Shown here piece after piece: positions 12,753-26,418 of a DNA stretch of 64,000 bases. The stretch spans positions 87,978,001 through 88,042,000 of the forward strand of contig NC_058368.1 in NCBI RefSeq assembly GCF_018350175.1. Reading direction: 5' to 3'. The position numbers were made by a program, and so were the translations under genes. The notes under the pieces are model-generated. The model made no database searches. It saw only the letters and a program-made list of their open reading frames with translations, and had not been told where the DNA came from. This DNA comes from Felis catus. Its lineage: Eukaryota. Positions within the stretch are counted from its first letter, which is position 1; every line of letters begins with the position of its first letter.

Positions 12753-14760
12753 GAGATGGCCTGCCACTATCTGTGCCCAGGAAGAAGCACATGTGGGAGC
12801 CCTCCATGATTACTCTGACCCCACAGCTGAGCCCACACCATGAGGCCCCCAGCTACAGTGTTTTGCCTTCAAAATTCACCTGAATGAATTATAAATATCC
12901 CTGAAAGGATGCTTAGGATTTGTCCCACACTAGAAATGCCAAAGTTTGGGTCCATCTACATAGTTATAGAAAATTAAAACCCATATTTTTACAAAAACAC
13001 CTGCACTTGGTTCCAGTTCTGGGCATAAACACTCCACCCTGTTTCAGTCACCAAATGCAGCCACAGGGCCATGGAGCAGCCATCTGAAGATTCTCCAAGT
13101 AAGCAGCAGCAGGCAGATTGGAGAGAAAACACAGAATTCAAAGTCCACCAACAGAAGTGAGTCTACCTTTCCCCCCTTGCCTGCACTCAAGGCAGCTCAA
13201 CATCCAGAAGCAGGTCCCCATCCCTCTCCCAAAACTTAGGGAAGAGAACCCCAAATGCTGAGAGAGAATGGAAGATACCCCATTTTTTCTCCATGCTCTC
13301 ATGCCCCAGCCCATGAAGATTAGAGACCCCTAGAACACTGAGGGTATAGAATATAGTATTCCTATGCAACTGAAGGAGTACACTGATCTTTCTCTTTTCT
13401 ATCATTCTGCCACTGGACATCGGTGCAGGTGGGACCATTAAAAGCAAGTATCACAATAACATGCCTAGAGCTCCAGCTTCCCAACTAAAGAACTGAAAAA
13501 GAAGACAGAAGATCTGGAACAGGTGGTTGTCCAGAAATGCCAGGGATCACCATTGAGTCACATTTGAGTGAATATGACCCCAAAAACCAAACCAAAAATT
13601 TTGAACTCTGAACTGGGCAGAGGCCACCGTCCAGAGCCACACCTACCACTAGGTGGGCACGTTCAGGACAGATTCAAATGGCACTGCAAAGTCTCTGTAA
13701 AGAAAACAATCTACGGGGAGTTGGCAGGAACCCATAGCCTGAACTCAACAAGGCCTATTTCCAGCTTTACTAAGATCAACATCCCTCATTAAATGTAAGA
13801 CTCAGGGTTTCAAAACATACCATTCAGTATATACGGGAGGCCATCCAAAACAGCCCCCTGAAAAACCAGGAAGCTCTCAGTTCACATGCATAGGAGAGGA
13901 CTATTAACGGATACCAATGTCAAAATGACACAGATGCTGGAAATATCTGACAAAGATTTTCAAGCAACTATTACAAAAATGCTCCAACAAATGAAAGCAA
14001 ATACTCTTGAAAGAAATGGAAAGACAGAAACTCTCAACAAAGAAAAACAAGATATAAAAACCCAAATGGACTTTTTACAAGTGGGGAAATAAAATAATTG
14101 ATATAACTCACTGAATGGGCTCAGTAGCAGAATCCAGACAACAGAAGACTTACTGAACTTGAAGATAAATCAATGGAAATTATTCCATCTAAACAAGAGC
14201 AAGAAAGGGAGTTTTTAGATAGAGCCTCGGGGATCTATGGGATGAAACCAAAAGGACTGAAATTCATCTCATCAGTCCTGGAAAGAGAGGAGTAAAGGTC
14301 AGAAAAATATTTTCAAGAAACAGTAGTTCAAACCTTTTCAAATTTGGTAAAAGACATTAACAAGATTATGAGAGCCCAGTAAATCTCAGACAGAATAAAT
14401 CCAAAGAAATCCACACCTAGACACACCATTTCAGAGCCACTGAAAATTAAAAGACAAAGACTCTTGAAAGCAGGCAGAGAATACAAACCCATGATTTGTA
14501 GGGGAACAGCTTGAGTGACCATGAATTTTTCTCATCGAAAATTAGTGCTGAAAGAAAGAACCATCAGCCCAGAATTCTGTATCTAGCAAAAATATCCTTC
14601 AGGAATGAGGATAAAATAAAGACATTCTGCATGAAGGGAAGTTAAGAAAACTCACTGTCAGCCAATCGCCTCTACAAGAATTACTAAGGGAAATGACATT
14701 GTAGGAAGATTCAGAGCATCAGGAATTAAGGAAGACCAACACACATGGTAAATATTTGGG

Positions 14761-15270
14761 TGTTATGGACTATGAACTGTCTTCCCTCCCATGATCCATT
14801 TGTTGAAGTCCTAACCCCCAATTTTGGCATTAGGACCCTTAAGGAGTTAATTATGGTTAAAAGAGTTCATAAGAGTGAGACCCTAAAACAATAGGACTGG
14901 CACCTTTATAAGAGAGAGATACCAGAGATCTCTCTTGCTCTCCATAAACCCACAGAAACCAGGCCAGAAAAGGAGGCCTCANNNNNNNNNNNNNNNNNNN
15001 NNNNNNNNNNNNNNNNNNNNNNNNNNNNNNNNNNNNNNNNNNNNNNNNNNNNNNNNNNNNNNNNNNNNNNNNNNNNNNNNNNNNNNNNNNNNNNNNNNNN
15101 NNNNNNNNNNNNNNNNNNNNNNNNNNNNNNNNNNNNNNNNNNNNNAGTACAGAGCCCAATGCAGGACTTGAACTCATGACCTTGATATCAAGAACCAGAC
15201 CCTTAAGCAACTGAACCACCCAGGCTTTCCCTGTGGCCTTTTGTTATGGAAGCCTGAGTTGACTAATACA
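14761..15270 (+). mobile_element. MLT1A-like MaLR LTR, containing a gap and a partial minus-strand SINE (about 15146-15228)
   Basis: tgttatggact...gttgaagtcctaacccc start and ttgttatggaagcctgagttgactaataca end. Confidence 0.7.
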
Positions 15271-17067
15271 CTGGTGAAACAAAATAGACTATTCTTCTTC
15301 CATTGAAATCTTTGGAATATATTTGATCATTGAAATCAAGAATTACCACATTGTCTGATGAGGTTTTCAATGGTAAACATAGTGCATAAAACAACTAATA
15401 ACATAATGGTGGGAGAGTAAAAGGACCTACAAATTGATAAAAGTTCTACATCCCAATTGAAGTAGTAAAATAATGATTCTAAGGAGTTGAATATGTTTAA
15501 CACAATCCCTAGGGTGACCACACAAAAATATACATAGAACAACAACAGACAAATTAAAATGGAATACTAAAAACATGCCAAATGACCCAAAAATGCAGGA
15601 AATGTGAAAAAAAGGGAAAAAGAGAAAAAATAGAAGCAAATAATAAAATAGTAGACCGAAACATACCAATTATTTCATTAAATGGATATAGTGTAAACAC
15701 ACTGATTACAAGATAGAAATTGTCAGAATTGATTTTTTAAAATGTACCAACTTTATGTTAGCTACAAGAAACCCACTTCAAATATGTATAGGTAAAAATA
15801 AAAGAATTTTAAAAATATACACAGTGCAAGCAGTAATCAAAACAAAACTGGAATATTTATATTAATATATTAAAATTAATTTATATTAATATTATTATAT
15901 TAAAATTAAAATAAAGTAAACCTTTGAGCCAAGAAAATTACCAGAGATATTATAAAGATAAAAGAGTTACATTTACAAAGAATGCATAACAATACTAAAT
16001 GAGTAAGCCCCTGACAACAGAGCTTCAACACATGCAAAGTAAAAACTGACAGAACTGAAAGTAAAATAGAAAGCCCACATGTATAGCTGAAGTTTTCAAC
16101 ACTCTTCACACAACAGTTGATTGAACTAGTAGACAGAAGATCATCAGGGGTATAGAAGAATCAAACCATCAACCAGCATGACCTAACTCATATTTGTAAG
16201 GCATTCCACCCAACAGCAACAGAATATACCTTCCCTTCAACTATACATGGAACATTTACCAACATAGGCCATAGTAGTTCAGAAAAGAAATTTCTAAAAC
16301 ATTTTTTAAATTGAAGTAATACAAAGTATGTATGTATGTATGTACGTATGACCAAAATGGAATTAGACTGGAAGTCAATAACAGAAAGATAAGAGCATGC
16401 TTCTGAAAAATATAGAAGTCAAAGAAGTCTCAAAGGAAATTAGTAAATATTTTAAAGTGAACAACAATGAAAATCAACATATCAAAATTTGTAGGATAAA
16501 TTTAAAACAATGCTTAGTGAAATTTTAACACTATTAAATATTTTTAATAGAAAACAAAAAATTCAATCAGTAATCTATACTTCCACCTTAAGAAATTAGA
16601 AGCAAATAAACCAAGAGCANNNNNNNNNNNNNNNNNNNNNNNNNNNNNNNNNNNNNNNNNNNNNNNNNNNNNNNNNNNNNNNNNNNNNNNNNNNNNNNNN
16701 NNNNNNNNNNNNNNNNNNNNNNNNNNNNNNNNNNNNNNNNNNNNNNNNNNNNNNNNNAGAGACAAGACCTAAACTAACAATGTCAGGAATGGAACAGAAC
16801 ATCTCCCAGACCCTGCTGGCATTAAAAGTATAATAAGAAAACATTATAAGCAACTCTATGCACATAAATTAAACAAATTTGATGAGACAAAACAATTCCT
16901 CAAAAACCACAAACTACTAAAACTTGCCCAAGAGGAAATAGGTTTCATCACTATAAATAAAATGTTTTCAAAATTTAAATCTTCTAAAGAAACAAATTTC
17001 TAGGTTAGGAAGACTTCACTGACTTTATCAGGGAAATAACTAAAAAAAACAAAAAGAAGGAAGAGAA

Positions 17068-17285
17068 GGGGCGCCTGTGTGGCTCAGTTGGTTAAGCATC
17101 TGACTTCGGCTCAGGTCATGATCTCGTGGTTCGTGGGTTCAAGCCCCGTGTCGGGCTCTGTGCTGACAGTTCGGAGCCTGCTTCGTATTCTGTGTCTCCC
17201 TCTCTCTCTGTCCCTCCCCCACTTGCCCTTTCTCTCTCTCTCTCTCTCTTTCTCTCTCAAAATAAAAAAATAAAAAATTAAAAAA
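17068..17285 (+). mobile_element. CAN-SINE with TSD aaaaagaaggaagagaa
   Basis: SINE body plus 17-bp TSD on both sides. Confidence 0.95.
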
Positions 17286-20166
17286 AGAAGGAAGAGAAAT
17301 CACATTGATTCTACACAATCTCTCACAGAAAACAGATGAGAAGATAACTCTTTCCAACCTATTTTGTGAGGCCAGCATTACTCTGGTGACAAAACCAGAC
17401 AAAGACAGTATAAGAATACTACAAGCCAGAATTCCTTAAGAAAAATAAATATAAGAATACTCAACCAAACAGCATCACATTGAATCAGAAACAGGTAAAA
17501 AGAATAACAAACCACAATCAAGTAGCCTTAATCCCAGGATTACAATGCTGGTTAAATATTTTAAAATCACTCAAAGAGATGTCAGCAAAAATGGCAAAAT
17601 AACTTTTTAAAAATTGCATAAACCTTGCAAAATTGTTGCAGTCAACTTTTTTAGTGTTCTGGAAATTAACGGAAGGCTTGCAGCAATCTAGGAGGCATGT
17701 ACTCAAGGAAAACAGCTGAATCTCAGTAAGAACATCAAGATTTGTGGTGTTTTAACATACCCAATCCTCATACTCTCCTCCCTAACTCTGAGGTAGCCTG
17801 GAAAACCAATAGTCCACAATCACAGGGAACACTGGCACTTGGAACCCACATGAGGGAGTAGAATGAGACAAGAGCTCTTTCACAGCCCATTCCCAGGGAA
17901 TTATCATTATTTGACCTATTGGTGGTTCACTGGAAAACTCCACTCACAAGCCTGTCTGTCTGTCTGTCTATCTGTCTGTCTTCATTCCTTCTTTCCTTAT
18001 TATTCAAACCTAAACAGAAGGCCATCCCATGCAAACAGCCTTTTCCCCATTGGCATTTGTTGAAAACAATCACACGCACTACTGATCATGGCTGCTCGAA
18101 GTGGGGTCAAAGTCAGGCAGAGAAGAGGCTAAATAATCAGCTTACAAGGAAAAGCTGAAGAATGAGATGTCCATAGAGGGCTTTGGAAAGCTCTGGCACA
18201 TCCCTGGGCATCTAGAAGTCTACATATATATATATATATGTATACTCAGGAAACACTTGAGTAGGCCCTAAAGTCACACATCAGGCTAACCTTGAGGCTG
18301 TAAAGCATAAAGACAAGTGTAAATTCAGAAACTGCCTTGCTGAGTGGCATATGCATGTAACAACATAATGGCCCTTGGCAAGAACTGGGAGACCTCTTGG
18401 TTACTAGCATCTAAGGAAATCACTACAAAACCATTAGCTGACCAATAAACTAACCAATCAGAGACTTCAGTGGTTCACACAGCACAAAAATGCATACTTC
18501 ACAGAAGTCGTTCAGAAAAGTCACTGGACACACAAACAATAGCAACAATAACAAAAAGCAACAACAACAACCTGGGGGAGGGGTTGGAGAATCTGAACTC
18601 AAGTTCTCAGGTTATTTAACATTCCACTTATCAACAAAGAATGACATGGCATGCAAAGAAGCATGGCCTGTTACAGGAAAGGAAGCAGTCAACAGGAACT
18701 GTCCCTGAGAACACCCAGATACTATCTCACCAGTCAAAGTCATTATGTCATCTATTTAAAATATGTTCAGAGAACCGAAGGAAATCATTTCTCATAGAAT
18801 AAAGTAATTTTTGAGGAAAATGTCTCACCAAGTAGAGAATATCAATAACAAGATAGATTTCTAAAACTAAATAGAAATTCTATATTTGAAAAGTATAACT
18901 GAAATGGAAAGTCACTAGAGGGATTCAGCATCTGCTTTGAGCACACAGAAGGAAGAATTAGCACAGTTGAACATAGGTCTCTTGAAATTATCCGGTCTGA
19001 GGAGCAGAAAGAAATAAGAATGAAGAAAAATGAACAGAGCCTTAGATGCCCATTAGGCAATATATGCACATGGGGGATATTTATAGGGAGAGGGCAAGAG
19101 GAAGAGGCACCGAGATGTTTAAGAAAAAAATGATCAAAAATCTCTAAAATTAACATCCAAGAAGTTCAACAAACTCCAAGCAAGACAAACTAATGGAGAG
19201 CCACACGGAGAGAGATTATATCAAAATTGTCAAGAGCCAAAAACAAAAAGAATCTTGAAAGCAGAAAGAGAAAAGCCAGTTGTCACATACAAGGACTCCT
19301 ACTAAGAGTGACAGCATATTTCCCTTCAGAAACCATAGAGGTCAGAAGACAATGGGTGATGTGTTTAAACTTCTCAGTGAAAAAAAAAAAAACTATCAAC
19401 CAAGAACTTAATCTCTGACAAAACCATCCCTAAGAGTGAAGGAGAAATTAATACATTCCCAGTCAAACAAACACAGGATTTTGTTGCATTATAACTACCC
19501 TGCAAGAAATGGTAAATAGGCATTTCAGGTTTAGATGAAAAAACACTGACAGTAACTTAAAATCATATGTAAAAATAAAGGACAAGAGTAAATATATTTA
19601 CCAGTAAAGGACACTGGTAAATATAAAAGCCAGTATTTTTAGTTTTTAACTATTCTTTTTTCCCAGATGACTTAAAATGCAAATGCATGAGCAATAATTA
19701 TAAAACCATAAAGTTAACTGACTAAATTTGGTATATGAAAACATAATTTATGATGATAACAACATAAAGCTGTCCTTTGTGTGTACACACAGAGCTATAA
19801 AGAAGCAATTTCTTATTTAAACTAAGATGGTATAATTTTAAACTTGATTATTATAAAGTTAAGATGTTAACTGTCAAAACCACTAAGAGTAGACAGTAGA
19901 CACTAAGAAAAAACTAGACAGGTAGGTAGGTAGGTAGGTAGGAAGGTATATAGACAGACAAAAGAGTAAATATTGTACATAAATATATATAATATATATA
20001 AAGTCATGTTAAATTAAATATAGTAAATATATATACTTAGTTCTGAGTACAGAAAAAGAAGTGAGAAGGAAATGAAAATAGAAAAAAAAATAAGTTAAAT
20101 GTAAAAACCAGTAATAGAGAAAATAAGGAGCAAAAAAGATATGACATATTAAAAGAGAAAAATACA

Positions 20167-20380
20167 GGGTGCTTGGGTGGCTCAGTCGGTTGAGCGTCCA
20201 GCTTTGGCTCAGGTCATGATCTCATGGCGCATGAGTTAAAGCCCTGCATCAAGCTCTGTGCTGACAGCTCAGAGCCTGGAGTCTGCTTCAAATTCTGTGT
20301 CCCCCTCTCTCTCTGCCCCTCCCCTGTTCACACTCTGTCTCTCCCTCTCTCTCAAAAATAAACATTTTTTAAAAATTTTA
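20167..20380 (+). mobile_element. CAN-SINE
   Basis: Canonical head, body and tail. Confidence 0.92.
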
Positions 20381-21297
20381 AAGAGAGAAAAATAGTAGAA
20401 GGCCTTCCTTGTAAATATTAATTTAACTGTTAATAGATTTAATTCTCCAACTAAAAGGTGGAGATTGGCAAGACAGATTAAAAAAATATATGCTGTCTAC
20501 AAGAGACTCACTTTAGATCCAAAGACACAAATAGGGTTTTTTTGAAACAAATAATTTTAAAGTGAAGATATGCTCCTTAGAGCAACCAGACAAGATGGTT
20601 TTTATGTTGTCAGGCTGAACAGACTTTAAGGCAAACCATTACAAAACACTATATATTGGTTGAATAATGTATTGATTAAGGACATCATAAGTTGATAAAA
20701 GGGTCAACTCATCAAGAAGATCTGATAACTATGAACACAAGCACAACTCACAGGAGAGACCAAACTACACGAAGTGAAAACCAACTGATTAAAGAGAGAA
20801 ACAGACAGTCGTACAATAATAGTTGGATAATTCAATGCCCCACTTTCAGTAATGGACATACAGCCAGACAGGAGCTCACTAAATAAACAGCAGTGCACAC
20901 CAGCAGACCCAGCTGAGTCTACAGAACTCTTCACCCAACCATAACAGGAAACACACTTCACTAAAGCACAGAGCATGGGAGAAGCCAGGAAACAAGTCTC
21001 AATAAATGTAAAAAGATTGAAATAATACAAACAGTCTTTTCCAACCACAGTGGAGTGAAGCTAGAAATAAATAATAGAAGGAAAACTGGAAAATTCACAA
21101 GCCTCTCAAAATGAAACAATGCACTCTTAAAAAATTATAAGGAAAATTAGAAAATATTTTGAGATAGATGGAAATGAAAACAACACCTCAGGACTACTAA
21201 GGTGCACTGAAAGTAGTACTGATAGTTGTATATTATAGGTCTATGTCAAAACAGATGAGCACAAATCAATAACTTAACTTCGCACTTTAAGAAACTA

Positions 21298-21490
21298 TGG
21301 AGCACTTGAGTGGATCAGTTGGTTGAATGTCTGACTCTTGATTTCGGCTTCAGTCATGATCTCAGGAACATGGGATTGAGCCCCACGTCCAGCTCCACAC
21401 TGAGTGTGGAACCTGCTTAAGATTCTCTTTCTTTCCCTCTGCCCATCCCCCCTCACATGCACACACATTCTCTCTCTAAAAAACCATAAA
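21298..21490 (+). mobile_element. Older CAN-SINE followed by an (AAACTAT)n-like tail expansion
   Basis: ggagcacttgagtggatcagttggttgaatgtctgactcttgatttcggc head. Confidence 0.85.
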
Positions 21491-22037
21491 ACTATAAAAA
21501 AACTATAAACTATAAAATTATAAAGCTTAAAACTATAAAACTATAACAAACCTATAAAGAGTAAGCAAAACCCCAAGTTAGAAGAAGGAAGGAAATAAAG
21601 ACTGGAGTGGAGACAAATGAAATAGAGAATAAAAAAGCAATAGAAAGAACAAAGGACATTTTAAAAAAATCCACAAAATTGACAAACCTTTAGTTAGACT
21701 GACCCAGAAAGTTTGAAGTCTCAAATTATTAAAACAGAAATAAATGTGGGGACATCAATACAGATCTTAGAGAAATTAAAAGCATGGTAAGAGAATACCA
21801 TGAACAATTGTATGCCAACAAATTGGACAACCCAGACAAAATGAACAAACTCACAGAAATACACAAATTATCAAAACTGACCCCAGAAGAAATAGAAAAC
21901 CTGAACAGACCTACAAAAAGTAAAGAGGTTCAATCAATAATCAACAACAAAATGAAAGGCATCTAGACTGTAAATAAAGAAGTAAAACTATCTGTACATG
22001 CAGGTGACACCTTTTTGTATCTAAAAAAAATATCCTT

Positions 22038-22260
22038 AGGGGCGCCTGGGTAGCTCAGTCAGTTGAGCGTCTGACTCCGGCTCAGGTCATGATCTCATGG
22101 TCCATGAGTTCGAGCCCCGTGTCGGGCTCTGTGCTGACAGCTCAGAGCCTGGAGCCTGCTTCATATTCTGTGTCTCCTTCTCTCTCTGCCCCTTCCCTGC
22201 TCATGCTTTGTCGCTCTCTGTCTCTCAAAAATGAATAAACATTAAAAATTTTTTTTAAAT
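22038..22260 (+). mobile_element. CAN-SINE with TSD aaatatcctta
   Basis: Canonical body; TSD on both sides. Confidence 0.94.
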
Positions 22261-22867
22261 ATCCTTAGGAATCCATGAAAGAATTAATAGGTGAGTAAAC
22301 CAGTTCAGCAAGGTTGTAGGACTCAAGACCAATATACAAAAGTTAGTTCTGTTTCTGTGTATTAGCAACAAACCATCTGAAAGTGAAATTAAGAAAACAA
22401 TTCCATTTAAAGAAGCATCAAGAAAAATGAATGCATGGCAACAAACTCCACAAGTCTTTTACACTGAAAACTATAAAATTTTGGAAAAAAAATTTAAAAA
22501 GCTTGAAAAATAGACAGGTAGCCTGTATTTATGGATCGGAAGATTAATGTTGTTAAAACAGCAATACTCAAATTGATCTACACATTCAGTACTATAATAA
22601 TCAAAATCAAAATACCAGCTGCCATTTTTGCAAAATTTGAAAGCTGATCTTAAAATTCAAGTGGAAATGCAGGGACCTCAAATACTCAAAAAAATCTTAA
22701 AAAAGAAAAATGAACAAAGTTGGAGGACTCACACTTGCCAATTTCAAAACCCACCACAAAGCTACAGTGATCTAAACTGTGGTACTGACATAGAACAGAC
22801 AGTTCTATGTATCAATAGAACAGAATTGAGAATCCAGAAGTAAATCCCAACATTGACAGTCAGATGA

Positions 22868-23080
22868 TTTTTTTTAGTGTTTATTTTTGTGAGAAAGAGG
22901 GAAAGAGAGAGCATGCATGCACACGTAGTGGAGGAAAGGCAGAGAGAGGGAGACAGAGGATCTAAAGTGGGCTCCACACTGTCAGCACAGAGCCTGATGT
23001 GGGGCTCAAACGCATGAGCTGTGAGATCATGACCTGAGCCCAAGTCCAATGCTCAACCAACTGAGCCACCCAGATGCCCC
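22868..23080 (-). mobile_element. CAN-SINE
   Basis: Reverse complement of the SINE head (caactgagccacccagatgcccc). Confidence 0.92.
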
Positions 23081-24669
23081 AATATCAACTGATATTTGAC
23101 AAATGTACCAAGAAAACCCACTGGGGGAAACGTCTGTTCAACATACAGTGCTGGAATAACTGAATCCCTACATGCAGAGAATGAAGCTGGATCCCTATAT
23201 CACACCATGTAGAAAAACTAATTCAAAATGAATCAAAGACCTAAATGTAAGAGCAAAAACTAGACAGCTCTTAGAAGAAAACAGGTGTCAACTGGTGTGA
23301 CCTTGGATCAGGCACTGGTTTCTTAGGACACCAAACATACAAGCAACAAAAGAGGGTACANNNNNNNNNNNNNNNNNNNNNNNNNNNNNNNNNNNNNNNN
23401 NNNNNNNNNNNNNNNNNNNNNNNNNNNNNNNNNNNNNNNNNNNNNNNNNNNNNNNNNNNNNNNNNNNNNNNNNNNNNNNNNNNNNNNNNNNNNNNNNNNN
23501 NNNNNNNNNNNNNNNNNNNNNNAATAAGGCAGAAGACCTGAATAGACATTTCTCCAAAGACATGCACATGACCAACATGTACATAAAAAGATGCTCAACA
23601 TCATGCATCATCTGGAAAATTCAAAACAAGACCACAATGAGATACCTCCTCATTCCCACTAGTGTGGCTAGAAGCAAAAAACAAATAGATAAAACAAAAA
23701 TAATGAGCACTGGCAAGGATGTGGAGAAAGACCTTTGCACACTGTTGGTGGGAATGTAAAAGGGGGCAGCCACTGTGAAGAATGGTCCTCCAGGGAGTTA
23801 AGCATAAAATTACTTATGACTAAGCAACCCCAAGAGAACTGAAAATATATGTTCACCCATGTAAGAATGTTCTAGCAGCACTGTTGGTAACAGCCAAACA
23901 CTGGGATCAACCATGATATGCATTAGCTGATAAAAAGATAGACGAAATGTGGGATGCAATCCACATGGTGGAAATGTTACTGGCCATAAGAGAATTAAAC
24001 ACTGATGGTACAGCATGGATGGACCTTGGAAACATGGTGCTCGATGGAAAGAGCCAGACTTAAGAGTCTACATGCTGTAGACTCCATTTAAATAAAGTGC
24101 CCACAACAGGCAAACCCACAGAGGCAGAAAGTGGATTTGTGAGTTCATGGGGGAGGGTAAACACAGGGTGATGGTGGGTTTAGCATGTCACAGCGTTATG
24201 ACAATGTTCTAGAACTAGGTGGTGGTGCGGTCGATCACACAGCCTTGTGAATGTACTAAAACCACAGAATTGTATGCTGTACAAGGGTAGACTTTATGGA
24301 ATTTTACTCAATTACCTGGCACCAGTTCCTGTTCAGCCTCCTATCCCAAGCCTCAACACACCACCAGCTGCCTTCCAGAACTTTCCGGGCACCCTGACGT
24401 ACACTCACTCCCTGAGCACCACCCGCCTGATACACTTGGGCTCATCCTCCAGGACCTGATGCCAGGACCCTCCTGCCTGGACCTCAGCCCTACCAAGCAA
24501 GCTGTTGTCCCCTCTCTTCCCTACCTCGCCCCCAGAACCTTGGTTCAGAGGCCAGATTTCACAGTGTCTGGACGGGAGGCCTGTGCTTCTCACAGAGCAC
24601 CAGGGACGGTCTTATGGACAGAGTCTCTCAGCAAAGTCTTAGAAGCTCTGTTACTACTTTGCAGAAAAC

Positions 24670-25070
24670 GAAACTGAGTCACAGGTGGCAGGATCAAATG
24701 ACCACAAATGGGGGGCCTAGGACAGCAGGCTTTGTTCTTTCCCAGGTCTGGAGGCCAGGAGACAGGTGAAGGTGCCATAGGGCTGCGCTCCCTTGGAAGG
24801 TTCCAGGAGGGTCCCTCCTGCCTCTCCCAGCTGCCAGGGCCCCAGGCATTCTGGGCTCATGGCTGTGGCCATATCTCCAATCTCTGCCTCTGTCTCCATG
24901 TGGCCATCTCAAATCCCCCTCCCTCATCTCATAAGGACCCACCCTGATCCAGGATGCTCTCACCTCAAGATCCACCTCAACCTTGATCACCTCTGCAAAG
25001 ACCCCATATCCACATTAGGCCACGTTCTGAGGTCTGGGGGCACAGGTGAGTTTCAGGGACACACAACACT
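24670..25070. mobile_element. MaLR LTR (MLT1/MST-like)
   Basis: tctggaggccaggagac..., cctcaaccttgatcacctctgcaaagacccc and ggccacgttctgaggtctgggg. Confidence 0.7.
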
Positions 25071-25369
25071 GACAAGTTGCCCCAGTCACCCAGCAGAGGT
25101 TAGATCTGACCCTATCTACACTCTGATCCCTGCACTGCTTGCCTTGAACAGGGTGTCCAATCTCAGCGTGCAGCCACCCCGTGGGACAGGGCAGTCCCAG
25201 CACACACACAGGCCAGCCATGTAACCACTGGCCCACCTCCTCCACCCTCTACGTCCCACTGCTGAGGCAGTAGGGCCAGGGGCACATTTTTCCAGGCTAT
25301 CTGCAGGGGGGTGTGGCCATCAGAGTGTTTGAAACCACAGCAGACAAAAAAGGAATAAAAAAACACCCC

Positions 25370-26040
25370 TTGCATGTTCTTCCCACCTTGAATGTGATGG
25401 CCATCTCATCACATTCCACAGCTGTGGAAGCCATCTTGTGACCATGAGGCAACAAGCATTAGAAAGATCCTTATCTTGTGTTCAGGAAGGCAGAGAATTA
25501 GAGACAGACAGAAACTGTGTCCCCGGGATGTCCCTGTGATAGACTGTTAGAAGTGGTCCCTGATAAGCCAAGACTCCCTGCGTCCACACCCCTCAACGGT
25601 GGGGTCTACTTCTCCCCCACCTTGAAACCAGACTGGCCTTATGCCTGTCTTTCCACCATACAAAGTGACGGAGGTCATACTCTGACCACAGACATTAACG
25701 AGCCCTGTAGCTCTGCTATGCCCTGAGGGGAAGGAGCTGGCTCTCCACAGGGAAAAATGGGCCCTGGGGTGAGGCATCATGAGGAAAGAAAGGGATCCCA
25801 GACACAGGAGTGAGCCTCGCCAGCATCACAAGGAGAGAGAGGCTTGCTGTCCCACACAGATGCATCCATTGAAACCACCCCTACTAGGACCTCAGATGCA
25901 TGGATGAAGCCAGGCTGGATCTTCCTGTCCCAGCAGAAATGAACGGTCTCACTGAGCCCTGCCCGAGTTCCTAACCACAGAACCAACCGTCTCCAAAGTT
26001 TGGGGGTACTTCTTACATGGCACCAGATAACTGACTGATA
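25370..26040. mobile_element. Older MLT1 (F/H/J-like) LTR remnants
   Basis: gccatcttgtgaccatgaggcaacaag and ccaaagtttgggggtacttcttacatggcaccagataactga. Confidence 0.6.
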
Positions 26041-26142
26041 CAGGCCCTGACCAAGCTGCAGATCATTGCCCCAGTCCCCACCTATATACTTCCTCCAGGC
26101 CTGTTCCTAGGATATGGTCATACATCTGCCTCATCAACTGAC

Positions 26143-26418
26143 CTGTCATGTCCAGGCGGAAGGAGACCTTCTCTCCCCTGGCCTCGCAGCTGTACTCCCC
26201 GGCGTCCACCTTCCCCGCCTGCTGCACCACCAGCCTCCTGCTGCAGCCCGTGGCCTCCATGCGCACTCTGGAGCTGGCACTCAGCTTCTTCCCGCCCTTG
26301 TACCACGTCACCTCCGTCTTGTCCTGGGCCACCTCGCAGCTCAGCATGGCGCTGGCCCCCACCTTGGCCTGCACCTCACTGCGTGCCGGCTGCCCCTTGG
26401 CAAACACGGCCGAGGGCT
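26143..26418 (-). CDS. OBSCN: OBSCN exon 9, tandem-repeat Ig domain copy 1 (EPSAVFAKGQPARSEVQAKVGASAMLSCEV...)
   Basis: ttag|AG acceptor, ACAG|gtcagt donor, 276 nt, open frame with DAGEYSC motif. Confidence 0.94.

Larger units (their letters stand above)
13000..17578 (+). mobile_element. Old L1M element (5' region, ORF1 about 13.9-14.7 kb, ORF2 endonuclease-RT remnants), interrupted by MLT1 and SINEs
   Basis: ORF1-like peptide QMLEISDKDFQATITKML; ORF2 phrases ctacaagaaacccacttcaaatat and gaggccagcattactctggtgacaaaaccagac. Confidence 0.8.
17579..24315 (+). mobile_element. Second near-complete old L1M element (5' region, ORF1 about 18.7-19.55 kb, ORF2, 3' UTR), interrupted by SINEs
   Basis: ORF2-like peptides MIKGSTHQED, VREYHEQLYANKLDNPDKM and HMTNMYIKRCSTS; L1 3' UTR phrases near 24.0-24.3 kb. 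Confidence 0.82.
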
